Shown: positions 34,020 to 47,030, numbered from the stretch's first letter. The stretch is DNA of 64,000 nt from Vitrella brassicaformis CCMP3155 (GCA_001179505.1 CDMY01000398.1:1-64000); one strand, 5' to 3'. Notes: generated by a model not told the origin, from the letters alone. Numbers and translations are program-made.

Positions 34020-37000
34020 TCAAGAGGAAGGCTCGATGTATCCCTGTTCGTAGACTGGCCCGGAGAACTCCTCCCTGTACTTTTGGCGGCAGGTGGGGCA
34101 CTTACTGTCCCCCCGCTTGAAACGCTCGAAACAAACTACGACACCACACGCAAACACACACCCATATCTTCATTCCCTGAGACAGTACTCCTTCCATCCC
34201 TACCTCTGCAAAAGTATTTGTGTCTGCAGGGTATGAGCACCACTTCAGTGGGACGATCGTAACAAATTTGACATTTGGGAGGCGCAGCGGACTTGTTCTT
34301 CTTCTTCTCCTCCTCGTGCCTCGCTCTCTCCTCCTCCATTTCCGTCTGCATGGCATCGATAACGGCTGCCGACTCCTCCGCCTGCCTGCAAAGCTTCTCG
34401 TCCGCTGCCCCAAGCTGGCCCTTCACCGCCTCAAACTCGAGTTTGAGGAGGTGAAGGGCTCTCCCTTCCTCGCTGAGCCAGGCCGCATCCACAGTGGGGT
34501 CGGGAAGCACCGTAGAAGCCCACTTGCTTGCCTCATCAGCAACTAGGGGTAGGATTTCCTGGGTGGCACCGCCGCAACACTCGTGAAAGGCAGTCTGGAG
34601 GCCCTCCTTGGCGTCCTCGAGGTCACGAATCTCACGGGTCAGCTGAAGGCGAACAAGACGCAAGTGACAGTATTTCGTTACTCCTCGCTATCTGCATACC
34701 CGTTTCTCAACGTCCGCCGCGGTCTCAGAGGACGAGTCATGCCTATCACCCTGCAGAATCTTCATATGAGACACCGATCGAAAGGCAATTCTTCGTACAA
34801 GCGGGTATTTTTAGAGAAGCCTTATGCTTACGGCTCGGTTTTTGTCTGCAATTGCGTTGTCGATCTCCAGTATTTGCTGCTCCAGCAATGCCCGTCCGCG
34901 TGCACAATCCTCGAACAGGACTGAAGGATAGAGACGTCTTGTATTCCTTCTTGCATCCGTTTACTCTCCTTACTTTCTGAGAGCCGTTTCACGCCTTTCT
35001 CGACGTGCTTCTCCAGATAGCACAAGAGGGCTTGAAGCTGCCTGTTGTACTTCTCCTGCAAATCGATGTGTACGAGTATTCTTGACAGGGGTGGTATTCT
35101 TGACTGTACATGTCGCACCGCTTCGGCAGTTGCGGCGTTCCAGAAGGTGCGATGGCTGTCATACTCTGCGCGCCAATCCTGGAAGGACAAGAGGGATAGC
35201 AGCTTCGTACAAATGTGCTTGCTTCCAGCTCACATTGACGCGGGCGAGAATCTCTGTAAGCGGCGCATTTGCGGCAGCAACAGCGGCTTCAGCACGCAGA
35301 CGCTCGATTCGCGCTTGCACCTCCTCCTCCTGCATACGATGCTCAAGACACAGCCTACATCCATGAGCCACTTATTCTTGCCCCTGCCCACCTTTGCTGC
35401 GATGAGTGCTTTGTATTGTATGTTCCCCTCGCGGATCATGGATTCCTCTGTGGCTTTGTTGCGCTTCTGCAGCCTGCAAACCACGGACGACTAGGCATTG
35501 AGACACGCAAAAGGCTCAGAGGTCACCTACTCCTTCTCGTGTGTCTTGGAATCAGCTTCAGCGCTTGTGAGACTCCGTTGATAGTCTGCCAGTGGTGGAT
35601 TCAGACACACACAATGTGGTAGAAAGCACAGAAAACAAATTGCGTGTTACCAGTGATGTGCTTTGTGCGGGTATCAAGCTGCCTGATACGTGACATCCAC
35701 TGAACTGCGTGCTGTCGCCATTCGCCAATCTTCTCCTGCATCAAGCAAAGCAAAGGGCCATTCCTGGAACAAGAGAAGTTGGTTTCTCTGTAATGACATT
35801 GTGGCGCTTGATGAAGACTTCCTTCTGTGCTTTGAAGCAGCCGAGAACGTCTGATTGAAGTGCCTTGTCGATCGCGACGAGCTGCAGGACCAACATTGAT
35901 ACAGGGGGGAAGATTGTACTCGCGTCATGTTACCTTGTCCTTGAGGAGCCGAAAAAACCCTTCCACTGCGTGAATTCGTTCCTTCCGCTTCTCCTCACGC
36001 TCAACTGGGCGGAAACCAGACCTGCAAGCGTACAAGAGACATGCCTGCCTGCCTGCCTGGCTGCTGGTTCTAGAATCTCAACCTTTTACTGCAGCAGATA
36101 AGGTTCAATTTGGTGTTCCACGAATGAGTTCAGCGCAGATGTGTGACGCGCTAACGTGAAGGATGCTGCGAACAGACAAGAAAACACGTGCCAGTGTGAT
36201 GTCATGATGGCCGTCTATATGCACGCGTGGCTCACGGTGGCTCTTTTTGGCTGTCTGCATGAAGTGGCCGAGGCCCTCGTAAACCGACATGAGCTCGAGA
36301 TGAACCATTTGGGCGCCACTAGGTTCGAATCCCTTAAGAACTGGTTCCAATAGGTAAGGGAGTCTGGTTTGTGATGTCCCTAGGCACAATGCTCACCTGC
36401 TGCTCGGTTGATAGGGAGTATCGCAGCTGTCACCAATTTATAAGTGTCAGGCTGTGGATAAGTGCATCAAGCTTCTCAGCCGCCGACGAAGAGTCGTGAA
36501 ACAGGTCTGAGAAGACGCCCGTAATCAATGCAGAGTAGTCGATGCCCGCCTTCTGCATACGAATGACATCCGAATGGCCTATGAAATGCCAACCTTCCCT
36601 TGATTACTCACCTGAAGCCTCTCGCTGATAGAGCTGGCCTCCGGCTGATAGGAACTTGATGCTTGTTCGAGAGCATATACCTCCTACAGGCAAGAAGGCA
36701 TCGAGAAGATCAAAAACCAGCGTCATCTACCAGGCAAGCCCACCGAGGGAGTCAACTGGCGCCTTGGCACAGCCTTGACCAACGAAACATCCCACTGCCC
36801 CTTAGCGATCCTGCCCTGTGAGAGGGACACGGAGAGAAATCGCTCAACACCACACTCAGCACATCTCCCTCTGACCCTGATCATCTCATCGGCATCTGCC
36901 TTGAAATCGTCAACTCTCATGGCATCCCGACGGGCGCCAATATCCCTGTAACCAAAGCATCAACGATGGTGTCGTCATGTCGCTATGTCTTCTCACTTGA

Positions 37001-37584
37001 GATCCTGAATGAGCGCTGTGACCATCTCGATGATATCGCCGGCTGCTGCCGCTCGAGCCGACGCCTGATGTACACACATAACAAAGGCGCAGGTCGAGCG
37101 TGTCTTTTTCCATCCGCGTGGCTGCATGAAACAACGTACCTGTGACGGGGGTCTCCTTGTCTTGTTAAGGTCCTGATCCTGATCCTGATCCTGTCGACGT
37201 CCAGAACGGCCGAGCAAAGACAGCGTCGACTCCTGCGCATGAGCCGAGAGAACGAAAGGTGATTGCGTAGGCTGGCATCATCGTGTGTGTCGCTCAGTCG
37301 CTGACCCTCTGAATGTTGTAGTCCTGCAGGGTGTGGCCGGCGTCGAGCGGCTTCCCACCATAGATCAGCAGCTGCTGGGTGGACGGTATGCCCTCTTTCT
37401 CCTCAATCTTCGCCATGACGTCCGCAACCAGGGATAGAAGCTCGACGTCGAGCGTGCGCGTCTTGCCTGCATGAATAACACAACACAGCCAAAGAAGCAG
37501 GCGTGTGTTGTGTGTGTGGTGTGTCCGTGTGTGAGTCTGTATTGCGCAATGCGCACCACTGAAGTTCTTGTAGAAGATCTGCAT
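34020..37584 (-). CDS. Ubiquitin-like domain, long coiled-coil and C-terminal C3HC4 RING (putative E3 ligase), about 23 exons
   Basis: A continuous in-frame splice path was reconstructed: MQIFYKNFS|GKTRTLDVE...LQDYNIQR|ESTLSLLGRSGR...through helical exons...CQICYDRPTEVVLIPCRHKYFCR|VCFERFKRGDSKCPTCRQKY...EPSS*. Confidence 0.8.
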
Positions 37585-38427
37585 ACTTGGCGGGGTACCC
37601 GACGGAAACCTAGTGCCGTCCTCCTCCCTCACGAAAGCAAGCCAACACCGGAAAACAAGGACAAGAAAAGGGAACAACGGGAACGAAAAGGAAGGTAAGA
37701 CAAAGAAAAGGCTCAAAAAGGAGGCTGAGGGAAAGACAGATGCCCGATCGTCGAGACTGCGAGCTTGAACGTGCGTACGGTGCTCAGATCAAGGGGATAG
37801 ACTCCCGAGGTTCTTCATCGACAAGTCAGTATGGTGCTTCCTCTCCCTGTCCCCCTCTGCGTTGTGAGCCTCCCCTATGCACCGCCAGAGTCTGACGTGG
37901 AGCTATGCGAGGAGCTCTGGTGGATCTGGTGCCCGCTTCGTCGGGGGCCTTCCTGTATCTAAGTGATGAACCACGCCACTGACGATGATGCTGGTCGGGT
38001 GGACGTGGCAAGAGTGCATCCCGCCGTCCCAAGGCCGTTTTACTGTCTGTTTCGCCTGGCTGTTTGTTCATCGCTCTTTGCTGTGTCTGGCTATGTTGCC
38101 GTGTGTGTGCGCCAGAGGAACGATGACTGGTCTGACTGTGTAGTGGGCTGTCGTCTGCTCTTTCCGTAAGTACTGTCCGGAGGGATCAATATTCAATGTA
38201 ATTCTGCGTCTATGATCTGCCTCTGTGTGCTACGGGAGCCGGTTTGGCAGGAGTTCTGACTTAGCAGTCAGTAAAGGATGGATCTGGAAGACCAATGTGT
38301 GCCAGACACCCATTCAAAAACGTGCACAAACCACATCCCAGGCTAGCCAGCCATCCGAAGGCACACCCCGCATCCACCCCCCTCTCTCATCCACCCCCGA
38401 CCACAAACACATGGATCATGGAAGTGC

Positions 38428-39245
38428 TCACTTGCTGCTGCTGGCCGTGGGTTTGGCTCTGCTTTCGGCCTCCCCCTTCTTGAACGCGCTAACAAACTCC
38501 TTGCCAGCATCCAGACTCACATACTCCTCACCTACACACACAACCACGCAAGCACACACGCACCACGCCAGGTGTGCCATGTCGGTGTGTCGTTTTGTGT
38601 AGTGTACGCACCCTGCATGCCCTGCTCGCTGTAGTTGATGTCGTCGGCGGCCGCCTCGCCCATCAGCTTGGTCACCAGCGCCTTGAGCTCCTGCAGGAAT
38701 AGCTGGTCTGCACACAACACACGCGGCACACAGCCATCCCGGCACGGTGTCTTACCAAGCCACACATCAAGCTCCCTGTCTGTCTGCCTATCCATCCATC
38801 CATCCATCCATCTCTCGCGCACCGACCCACTCACCCGTGTAGATGAGGCCGTATTCTTCAACCTGCCAGGAGCCAGTCTTGCCTGCAGGAATTACATATA
38901 CACAACACACCACGTGCAGAGCACCACATAAGTGCGTGTGTGCATACCCTTCTGCGTTTCGAATACGACCCACAGCTCGCCGAACTCGTCCACGCCCTCC
39001 TCGTCGCCACCAAACGTGTCTGCAGATCAGATCAGATGACGCTCGTACCACATCGCACCGTCTGCTTGTCAGATGTGACCGCTTACTCAGGTCGAGGCTG
39101 ATGACGCGGACGGCCTTCATCTTGGCGCTCCCTGCGACGAACAAACAACCGGCACGCACCGACCGTGTGTATGTTCGTGCTGTGGTACATCCTTACAGAA
39201 GCCACTGCCATCGGTATGAAGCGTCACGACTTTCTCCAGCTTCAT
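38428..39245 (-). CDS. 137-aa intron-containing protein resembling a bacteriophage hypothetical-protein family
   Basis: Six exons joined by five phase-1 GT-AG introns: MKLEKVVTLHTDGSGF|WSAKMKAVRVISLDL|NTFGGDEEGVDEFGELWVVFETQK|GKTGSWQVEEYGLIYT|DQLFLQELKALVTKLMGEAAADDINYSEQGMQ|GEEYVSLDAGKEFVSAFKKGEAESRAKPTASSSK*. The phage similarity is from recall, not from a search. Confidence 0.75.
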
Positions 39246-39460
39246 CCTCACACACCGAGATGGAGATGGCCGGCAATCAGAGGGAGATCTTTGTTGCGAC
39301 AGGGACGTCAAGCCGGCGCGTCACGTCAGTTGAGATCTCAAAAGTGGAGGGAAGGTAAATTCACGAGCCATTGCAGTCCCCTCCAGTCCTCCGTGGCCGC
39401 ACAGCGCCTGTCATCCTGTCTGTCTACCTGCTTGTCTGTCTGTCAGTCTGTGTCTGTGTG

Positions 39461-40688
39461 TCATGATGCGAGTCCGAGCATAGTCAGCACTTGCACAAAC
39501 AGCTCGGAGGAAAACACAGACAGAGACCAAACCTCACCCGCAGCCTGCACGGTGGATGGACACACATACGCATCCATCCGTCACACAGAGGCATCTTTTG
39601 TGTCCCAGCCAGGGGGGCTGTGCGTGTGCCTGTGTGGCCTGCCTGACCCAGTAAGTGAGTGATAGTATTCTGAGTCGCTTGAGTATGATGTAGCAGCACA
39701 CGGCCACGAAGAACAGAAAGGCGTACCAAATGAAGGTGCTGTCCATCTCAGTCCTGCACACACCACACACACACACACTTATCAGCATGCGCTCGCCTGT
39801 CTTGTCGGATGGCTCACTTTCGTTTCAGTTTGCTGAGCAGCGCCCCGGCCTTTTGCAGGCGCTGCCCATACGCTGCACTCAAGACAGACAGGGCAACCCA
39901 CCAGCCATCATCACGCCACACGCCCTTCAGCGGCCATTGCATGCAGCTCCAAACGCATCCCTACCTGAGTAGGCCTCATCTGTGTTGCCGATGGTCGTCG
40001 AGCCATGATCTGTGACACATATAACACACACACACACAGCAGAGATCACGATACACACCAACAGCAAGTGTGTCGGTCGGTCATATGCTGGCTTGCTCAC
40101 CGAGTGCCTCTGTGACCTGGTGCATTCTCTGCAGTTCCGTCTGCATCATCTGGCGGGTCTCACGCAGCCCACTCCTCAACTCCTCATCCCCACCACCGAT
40201 GCGCTGACGGGGCGCCCCCGATGCTGATGCCGATGCTGATGCTGACGCCGACCCGCCGCTGCCCGCCAGCAAATTGGTCCGCCGGCTCTCCGACAGGTGC
40301 TGCTGCACCATGCCGTACCAACGACGAAGCTGATCCTCATACCTGTGCATGGCAACACACGAGCACATTGGATCAGGGCATTATCCCATCGAACGCGCCT
40401 ACCTGGCGATTTGCTTCGCTGCCCTCTCGTGCTCTTCTGGCGTGGCGCCGTGCTCCCTCGCCAAGGCCCTCTGTAGCTGCGCAATCTGCTCCCGCAGGCT
40501 CCTGCAAACAAACAGATAACACACACAAGGGTCAGCCTCTGTCTTCACCTGATGGATTGCATATCCGTTGCGTACTGTCGTGTGGCCTCTGCGACATCTG
40601 GAGCGACGGCTGCGGGCGAGGGGAGGGCAGAGAGCGCCTCAAACAGGCTCTGGTCCAACGATGCGACACTCTGCATCGATGTCAACAT
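39461..40688 (-). CDS. SEC20: Sec20/BNIP1-like Qb-SNARE
   Basis: N-terminal helices, SNARE coil (LRETRQMMQTELQRMHQVTEALDHGSTTIGNTDEAYSAYGQRLQKAGALLSKLKRKTEMD) and a C-terminal TM (FIWYAFLFFVAVCCYIILKRL). Confidence 0.8.
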
Positions 40689-40750
40689 GTCGGGATGGCA
40701 GATCCGGGGAGCCGAACAGATGGACGGCTGGAACAGATGGCATGCAAGCG

Positions 40751-40778
40751 ATTAGGGTTCGGGTTTCAGGGTTTTGGG
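40751..40778 (-). promoter_or_regulatory. Degenerate telomere-repeat/telo-box cluster in the Sec20 bidirectional promoter
   Basis: ttagggttcgggtttcagggttttggg parses as TTAGGG TTCGGG TTTCAGGG TTTTGGG, 65-90 nt upstream of the Sec20 ATG. Confidence 0.35.
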
Positions 40779-40906
40779 CAAGGTTCGAGGTTTTCGCGAG
40801 AAAAGCAAAAGAATCCCCAGCGGTCTATCAGCACGTGCGGCATGTTTGCATCTGCATCATTAGCCGCTGAGGGCCTCACAGGTGCGCAGACATCAAATGA
40901 GATCTC

Positions 40907-43900
40907 ATGATGCCTGCACGCCCTGACGCAGCTGACCTCCACGGTGCTTTGCTGTATGTGGTGTGGTGTGGTATAGAGGAGGTCACTCATCCGCAGCGTC
41001 GTGCAATGGACCACGACGATCGCGATGACCGCGGGGCTCGTCCACAGGTCAGCCAATCAGTCATCATCATGACACTCACGGTTCTCCAATTCCCTGCTGC
41101 ATCTGTGTGGTCTTGGTGGTGTAACAGTCGGCGGCAAGTGTGGATGATGCCCTTGATCAGCTTGGGAAGGAGAAGCACCGCATCGACACACTCTACCGCA
41201 CCATACAATCACAAGTGAGTTGAGTAAGTGAGGGTAGACCTGGCCGTGATAGGCGCGTGATGGCATGTGTGTATCGTGATGTTTGTGTGTTGTCAGTTGG
41301 CGGCTCAGCGTGCCTCCCTGACGGCCGGCGATGTGGGTGAGGTGCTGGGCCACATCACGCGAGGCGGTGATTGTCTGAAGGAGGCCGCCGAATATCTGAG
41401 CGGGCTGACTGACACTGACGCACAAGGCGGAGTGACAGAGGTGCGTGAAGACGAGTGGTCTCCATCGACCACACACACGTCAATGTGTGTGTGTGTGTTT
41501 GTGTTGTGTGTGCATCGATCAGGGTGACGGCAGTGGGCGTACAGCAGTGGCGGCCGTCGAGGGGCCTCACAATGCAGCTCATGGAGCGTCCATGGCGGTA
41601 TGTGTGTGCATCGAGGCCAGCGGCTTGGAATGAGTTCCGTTTATCAGATGCTCGCTCTGTGTGATTGATCAGGTAGCAGTTGTGTCGGATAGCAAGCGGG
41701 CCCGATTGGATGGTCACTCAGACCATCCTGCTGCTGCTGCTGCAAGTGGAGGTGGGGGGCGACACAGAGCATGGACCACACAGATCAGACGCACTCAATG
41801 CCCTCTCTGTTTGATTCTTGTCAGGTGGTGTGTCGGGCGTCTCTGAGCAAGATGAGCAAAGCCAAAACGAGCAGCACCACAACCACCAGCAGCAGGTCAG
41901 GCAGACAGCACACGGGGCCGGCCCAGGCAGCAACCAATGAACGGCAGGCTCGTTGACGGCCTTATGTTTTCTGTCCATCTTTGTGTGTACGTGTGTGTCA
42001 GGTTGTGTGTGGGGCGTGTTTGTGTAGCCTTGAGGGCCCGTTGGTGTGCGAGATGGCCTATTTCCTCACCACCATCGAGGCCACCGTCCTCTGTCTTCTC
42101 AACAAGGACATTAACAGCAAGGCCGACTACACCGCCAACACGTCCACCACCACCGAGGGCAAGACCGACGACGCTCCATTCGGCATATACCGCAACCTGA
42201 CAATCGCAAAGGAGGAGTGCGAGACGTGGGCGAACCTCAACCAGCCCACACGCGCACGCCTGCAGAACAAACTGGTGAGGCACAGTGTGCGGTCATTGTG
42301 TCGCCTCACATTCACCCGTTTGTCTGTCGATGTGGTGTCTGTGTGGTCGTTCAGGGCAACGTCACGACGGCTCGCATCGCGTGGCCCATCGACGACCTCC
42401 CCCGGCGCGGGCGGTCCTCAGGCAGGAGCGGCGGGCGGCTGGTGGTCGGGTGTCTGGCGGCATCAAAGTCGTCCCTGGAGGAATTGCACATCACAGGATC
42501 GGGGCGTTACGGCAGCAACCCCGATCGGCTGCCTGATGTCGTGTTCCCCAAGCTGAGGCTGCTCGACACATCATTCGGATGCCGCAGCTACTTCAGGTGA
42601 GAGGGAGTAGGGCTGATGATCGATTTGAAATGTCCGTCGGGACGTTCTGTCCATCTCGCCATCTGTCTGCTTTGCCTATCCGTCACTCAGGGAGTCAAAC
42701 TGGACCTTTCCGAGCCTCGTCGACTTGCGGGTCAGCACCACGACGGACAGATCCCTTCCCGACGTCACCCACATCGTGCGGTCGGCCCCCCAGCTGCGCA
42801 CACTCACAACGGCCAACAACAGCTGGGACAAGATCGACGGCAGGGGCAGCGACTGGTGTGAGTTCGCCAGTGCCCTTGGGCAGTGCCCTCACTTGACGAC
42901 CATCCGCGGGCTGGCCATCGGGGGCATCCGCGGGCTGCCTGATTTGCAGAAGGCCCTCGACACCCACTGGGGCAAAGAGGAGAACCGAGGTAGGCAGGTG
43001 GGCTCAGATGGGCAGACAGCCAGCCAGGCAATGCACGTCCTGCGCTCCTCTTCCTGCTTTCATGTTGCATCCCTGCCTCCCATCGTGTAGGTGTCAAGAA
43101 GACCATCGAGTTCCAGTACGACAACCCCACCATCAGCTGCACCTTCGGCGACGAAACCCGTCCCCTGCACACCTTCCTCACATGGGCGCGACGAGTCGGC
43201 GTGTCCATCGAGTGGCGGCACGGCGGGAACGGCACGGTGGGCTGCATCAGGATGGATTGCAGCAAGGGTGCGTCGAGCTCTATGGCCCCTCCTGCCGTGC
43301 GTGGCCCCGTGGCTGACGTGGTCAAGCAGATGGCGTCCCAGACAGAGATAGTAAGTCGGATGACAGTGAGTAGCATCCTTCCACCCATCTATCTATCGTG
43401 TTGTACACGCCATGGCTGCCTGTGTGCCTCAGGTGGACTTGTATTTGGGCGGGAGCCGACTCCACGACTCATGGAAGGACCTCCTCCATTTTCCTGCCGC
43501 AGACATGCTCTCAATCGTGGACACCGCAGACCCGCAGGAGGTCATCGAGAGCATCCCCAAATGGCTGCTGGAGGTCGATGAGGCCGGCAACAACGTGCGC
43601 TTACCCAAGATAGACTACCTCGATACCTCGATGGGGTTTGTGGGCGATGAGGATGCCCCGCCTGCAGAGGCCTGGCACTTGCCGGCCGCCCCCAACGCAC
43701 TCACTACACTGCTAGGCAGCCTGCGGATGGTCACCTCAGTCTGCTTCAACACGTCTAGTTTGTCCGCCGTGTGTGAGAGCCTGCCACACATAAGCGTCGA
43801 CAAACTAGATACGTTGGAGGTCCGTGTGGGCTCGCATCTCACTGCACTGCCTGCCCCCACCCCCCAGTACACACTGCCGTCTGTGCACCGCCTTGTCGTC

Positions 43901-44347
43901 TCGACAAATAATGACGTGGTGTGGCCTGCAATGAGCAAGGCAGCTGCGTTGTCGTGTATGCGTTTTGCCTCACTCACTCATGCACACAAGGCAGAGTTTG
44001 AGTTTCACATAGCGTCAGACCAGTTTGACTTCTACCGGGACTATGGGGAGCTAGAGGGAGGGGCGGGAGATGAAGATGAGGATGACGATGAGGATGCTGC
44101 ATGGGAGCGAGAGATGGAGCTGCGCCGGGCCATGGAGCAGCATGGCAAGGGTTGCATGCGCGCGTTGGCCACTGAGTGCTATGAGGTAGTCAAGGGAGGA
44201 TACCAGCTGACTGACGTAGACGTCGGCTGTGACGTGGAATACAGCGAGACCACGATGCAGCTGGTGTCCTACGGCCGTTTGCAGCTGAAGGTGTTAGCCA
44301 AGGGTGCCATAGCAGGGGGCGAGGACAGAGGGGTCATGACCGACTAA
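40907..44347 (+). CDS. Large multi-exon hypothetical protein, F-box-like segment followed by degenerate LRR-like repeats (likely lineage-expanded family)
   Basis: In-frame exons from MMPARPDAADLH through a short coil, LEGPLVCEMAYFLTTIEATVLCLLNK, SSLEELHITG, VVFPKLRLL, WTFPSLVDLRV, APQLRTL, CPHLTTIRGL, to EDRGVMTD*. The family assignment is inference. Confidence 0.65.
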
Positions 44348-45014
44348 CTCGGTCCACGCTCACTGACTGACTGGCTGACTGGCTGACTGACTCACTCACT
44401 CGCTGCTGACTTCTACTACAGACTCACTCATGTGGATCTGTCTGGCTGTGGATGAAATGTCCGTGTGCATGCAATGTGCACTCGAGTGGAATCTGTGCAT
44501 GCGAGGTGTGTGGTTGCTCGGCTGCAATGATGAATGGACCTCTCTCGCAGTGGCGTGCGCGCACGTACTCCGTCGTTTGTTGATGGACTGTTCATAGGCC
44601 TGTGTGACGATGGCCATTGGCGGCTCCCACGCACTCACACACGTCTGATTTATTGTCCTACCAGGAGAACCATCCAATGACCTCACTCCCTTACAACGTG
44701 ACGCCTACGAGAAACCACACGGCTGGCCGGGCAGGTCGAGATGGATGCGGCTTCCACCTGCGCACACCGATTGTGCACATGATGAACAAGAGCTGCCCAG
44801 CAAAGTGTTGCCAGGAAGTAAATTTCCATTTCGGCGAGAATTTGAGACGGAGACGGCAAACACGCGGAGATGGGATTCTCTCTGTTCTTCGCTTCGGCCG
44901 AGTCAGCACACAGCAGAACGTTCTCTTTTCTCTCTGCTGGTTGCTTCATTTGCGCTTCGCAAAGTCTTTCTCACATCGATTCCGTCTCATCGTGCTGTGC
45001 CTGCCGGTGCGAAG

Positions 45015-45655
45015 ATGGCAGTGGCCGCGGTGACGAGCATCGACTGGCTGTTCGACGAGGTGGCGGAGGAGAGGGCGAGGGAGTGCCTGGAGGAGGAGGG
45101 ACTGTTCGCGTGCTGGGGCCGCGGGCACCCGACCTGCGACACCTGCATGGCCAAGCAGAGGGTGAGCTTAATATAAGATGCCAGAATAGGCAGGCCCTTG
45201 AAATGCTCTCTGCCTCCTCTCATTCGTCGGCCCTGTGGTTGCTACTGTGTGGTGTGCAACAGGCCGCGTGGCACCGCCGGCAGATGCTGGAGCAGTTGGA
45301 GGTTGAGGTCTCGTACGCCAAGCCAGCCAAGGAGCACAAGTTCAACAACGCCCTGCCTGCCATGCCGGTCGGCAACCTCCACTACCCCCCAAGTGCCCCC
45401 ACCACGAGCACACACAAGACGACCACCCACCACACGGCCGGCAGCAACCGCACGTCAGACGAGACGGGCAGCGAGGGCTCGGCCACGTGGGTGTCCATCA
45501 ACCTCAACGAGAACGATGGCACGAGTGCCACTGACCAGACAAGCAGCGCATGCCCGCTGCTGCAGGACGCCTGGCTGGCCGTCAAGGGCGCGTGGGAAGG
45601 GGTGACCAAGATGGTGGCCGGCTGCTGCTGCACCAACCTCACCAACGTGGCATAG
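45015..45655 (+). CDS. Small hypothetical protein (about 180 aa, 2 exons) with a C-terminal CCC cluster
   Basis: MAVAAVTSIDWLFDEVAEE...CMAKQR|AAWHRRQ...KMVAGCCCTNLTNVA*. GTGAGC..CAG intron 45162-45262. Confidence 0.55.
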
Positions 45656-46600
45656 ACAGTCCGGCGTGGGGGTGGGTAGTGGGCCGTAGACCAGTAGACA
45701 GACAGAGTGATAAGGAGGGATGGATGGAGTAGCGCCGCGGTGGACAAAGTGATAAGGATGGAGGGAAGGGGGGTGGACAGACAGAGTGATAAGGATGGAG
45801 GGGGTGGATGGGCTCTTCTTCGTTTCTTTCTCTCTCTCTGTCTCTCTGTCTCTCTGTCTCTCTGTCTCTCTGTTTCTGTATGTGTGTGTGGTCCTGCCGA
45901 CCGACAAGGGCCTTGGCCATTTCTCGCTCCACTGTCGTCTCTTTGGGCTGTTTGGGTTGGCGTCTCGTCTTTGTACCTCTCTGTCTCGTCTCTCTCTCTA
46001 CGTGTGTGGTGGTGGTTGTCTGGTGGAGGGGGGGAGTTTTGAGTGGGTCCTGTCTGCTGCTGCCTCTCCTCTACACCTCTCTCTGTCTCCCCTGGTCTGT
46101 GTGTCTGTTTTTTCCCAGTGTCTGCCCTGTGTGTGTGCACTGTGAGTCCTAAGGGGCCTGTGGTGGTGGGGGGGGAGAGTTCACTGGACGGCAGCCATTC
46201 TTCGCCGACACTCCATACCTGGTAAGTGAAACACAGCGAATGGATCTTGGGTGGATGCATGGGTACATCTGTCTGTCTGTCTGTCTGTGTGCGATGTGTT
46301 TGTGAATGAATGCATTCAGGTTGTGTGAGCCGTCACGTCTACGACCACCTGGCAGACACCCCAATGTCACGGACTGACTGACTGACACACCACTACATGT
46401 AACCCCGGGCGCACCACAGACAGGTGAGTGAGTGGGTACAGTAGGTGGGGGAGACAGACAAGGAAGGCACCGACCAACACACACTGTCCGAGAGGGCAAA
46501 TGGATGGATGGACGGCCGCTTCCCTTGGTGGTGTGTGGTCCCATTAGGTGGACGTCCGCATAATACATACTGAGCTCTACAGCCGTGACCCAGACAGGTC

Positions 46601-47030
46601 AACCGAACGGCTTCATCTAGCTGTCCTGGTGGGCAGTAAACACATACATAGCACACCAGGGAGGGAGGCCTTCATGTCTGCATCTCTCAAGATTGTGTCT
46701 CTGCTCACTTACAGGCGTGACGCCAATTGTCCACCCACTGCCCTGACCAACCGAACGGCTTCATCTAGCTGTCCTGGTGGGCAGTAAACACATACATAGC
46801 ACACCAGGGAGGGAGGCCTTCATGTCTGCATCTCTCAAGATTGTGTCTCTGCTCACTTACAGGCGTGACGCCAATTGTCCACCCACTGCCCTGACCAACC
46901 GAACGGCTTCATCTAGCTGTCCTGGTGGGCAGTAAACACACAGCACACAGTACAGAGGCCTTCATGTCTGTCTGTCTGTCTGTGTGTCTCGCTCTTTTCT
47001 GTCCTTGCTTGCTCACAGGCATGACACCCA
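46601..47030. repeat. 148-bp tandem repeat: two identical units plus a diverged third
   Basis: aaccgaacggcttcatctag starts at 46601, 46749 and 46897 (period 148). The third unit diverges after about 46940. Confidence 0.92.

Noticed and set aside
37740-38170. Possible small plus-strand spliced gene divergent from the UBL-RING gene
   Set aside because: Plausible splice sites exist, but every frame tried stops early and gives no recognisable protein.
46601-47030. Possible CRISPR array
   Set aside because: The units are full 148-bp duplicates with no unique spacers, there are no cas genes, and the context is eukaryotic.
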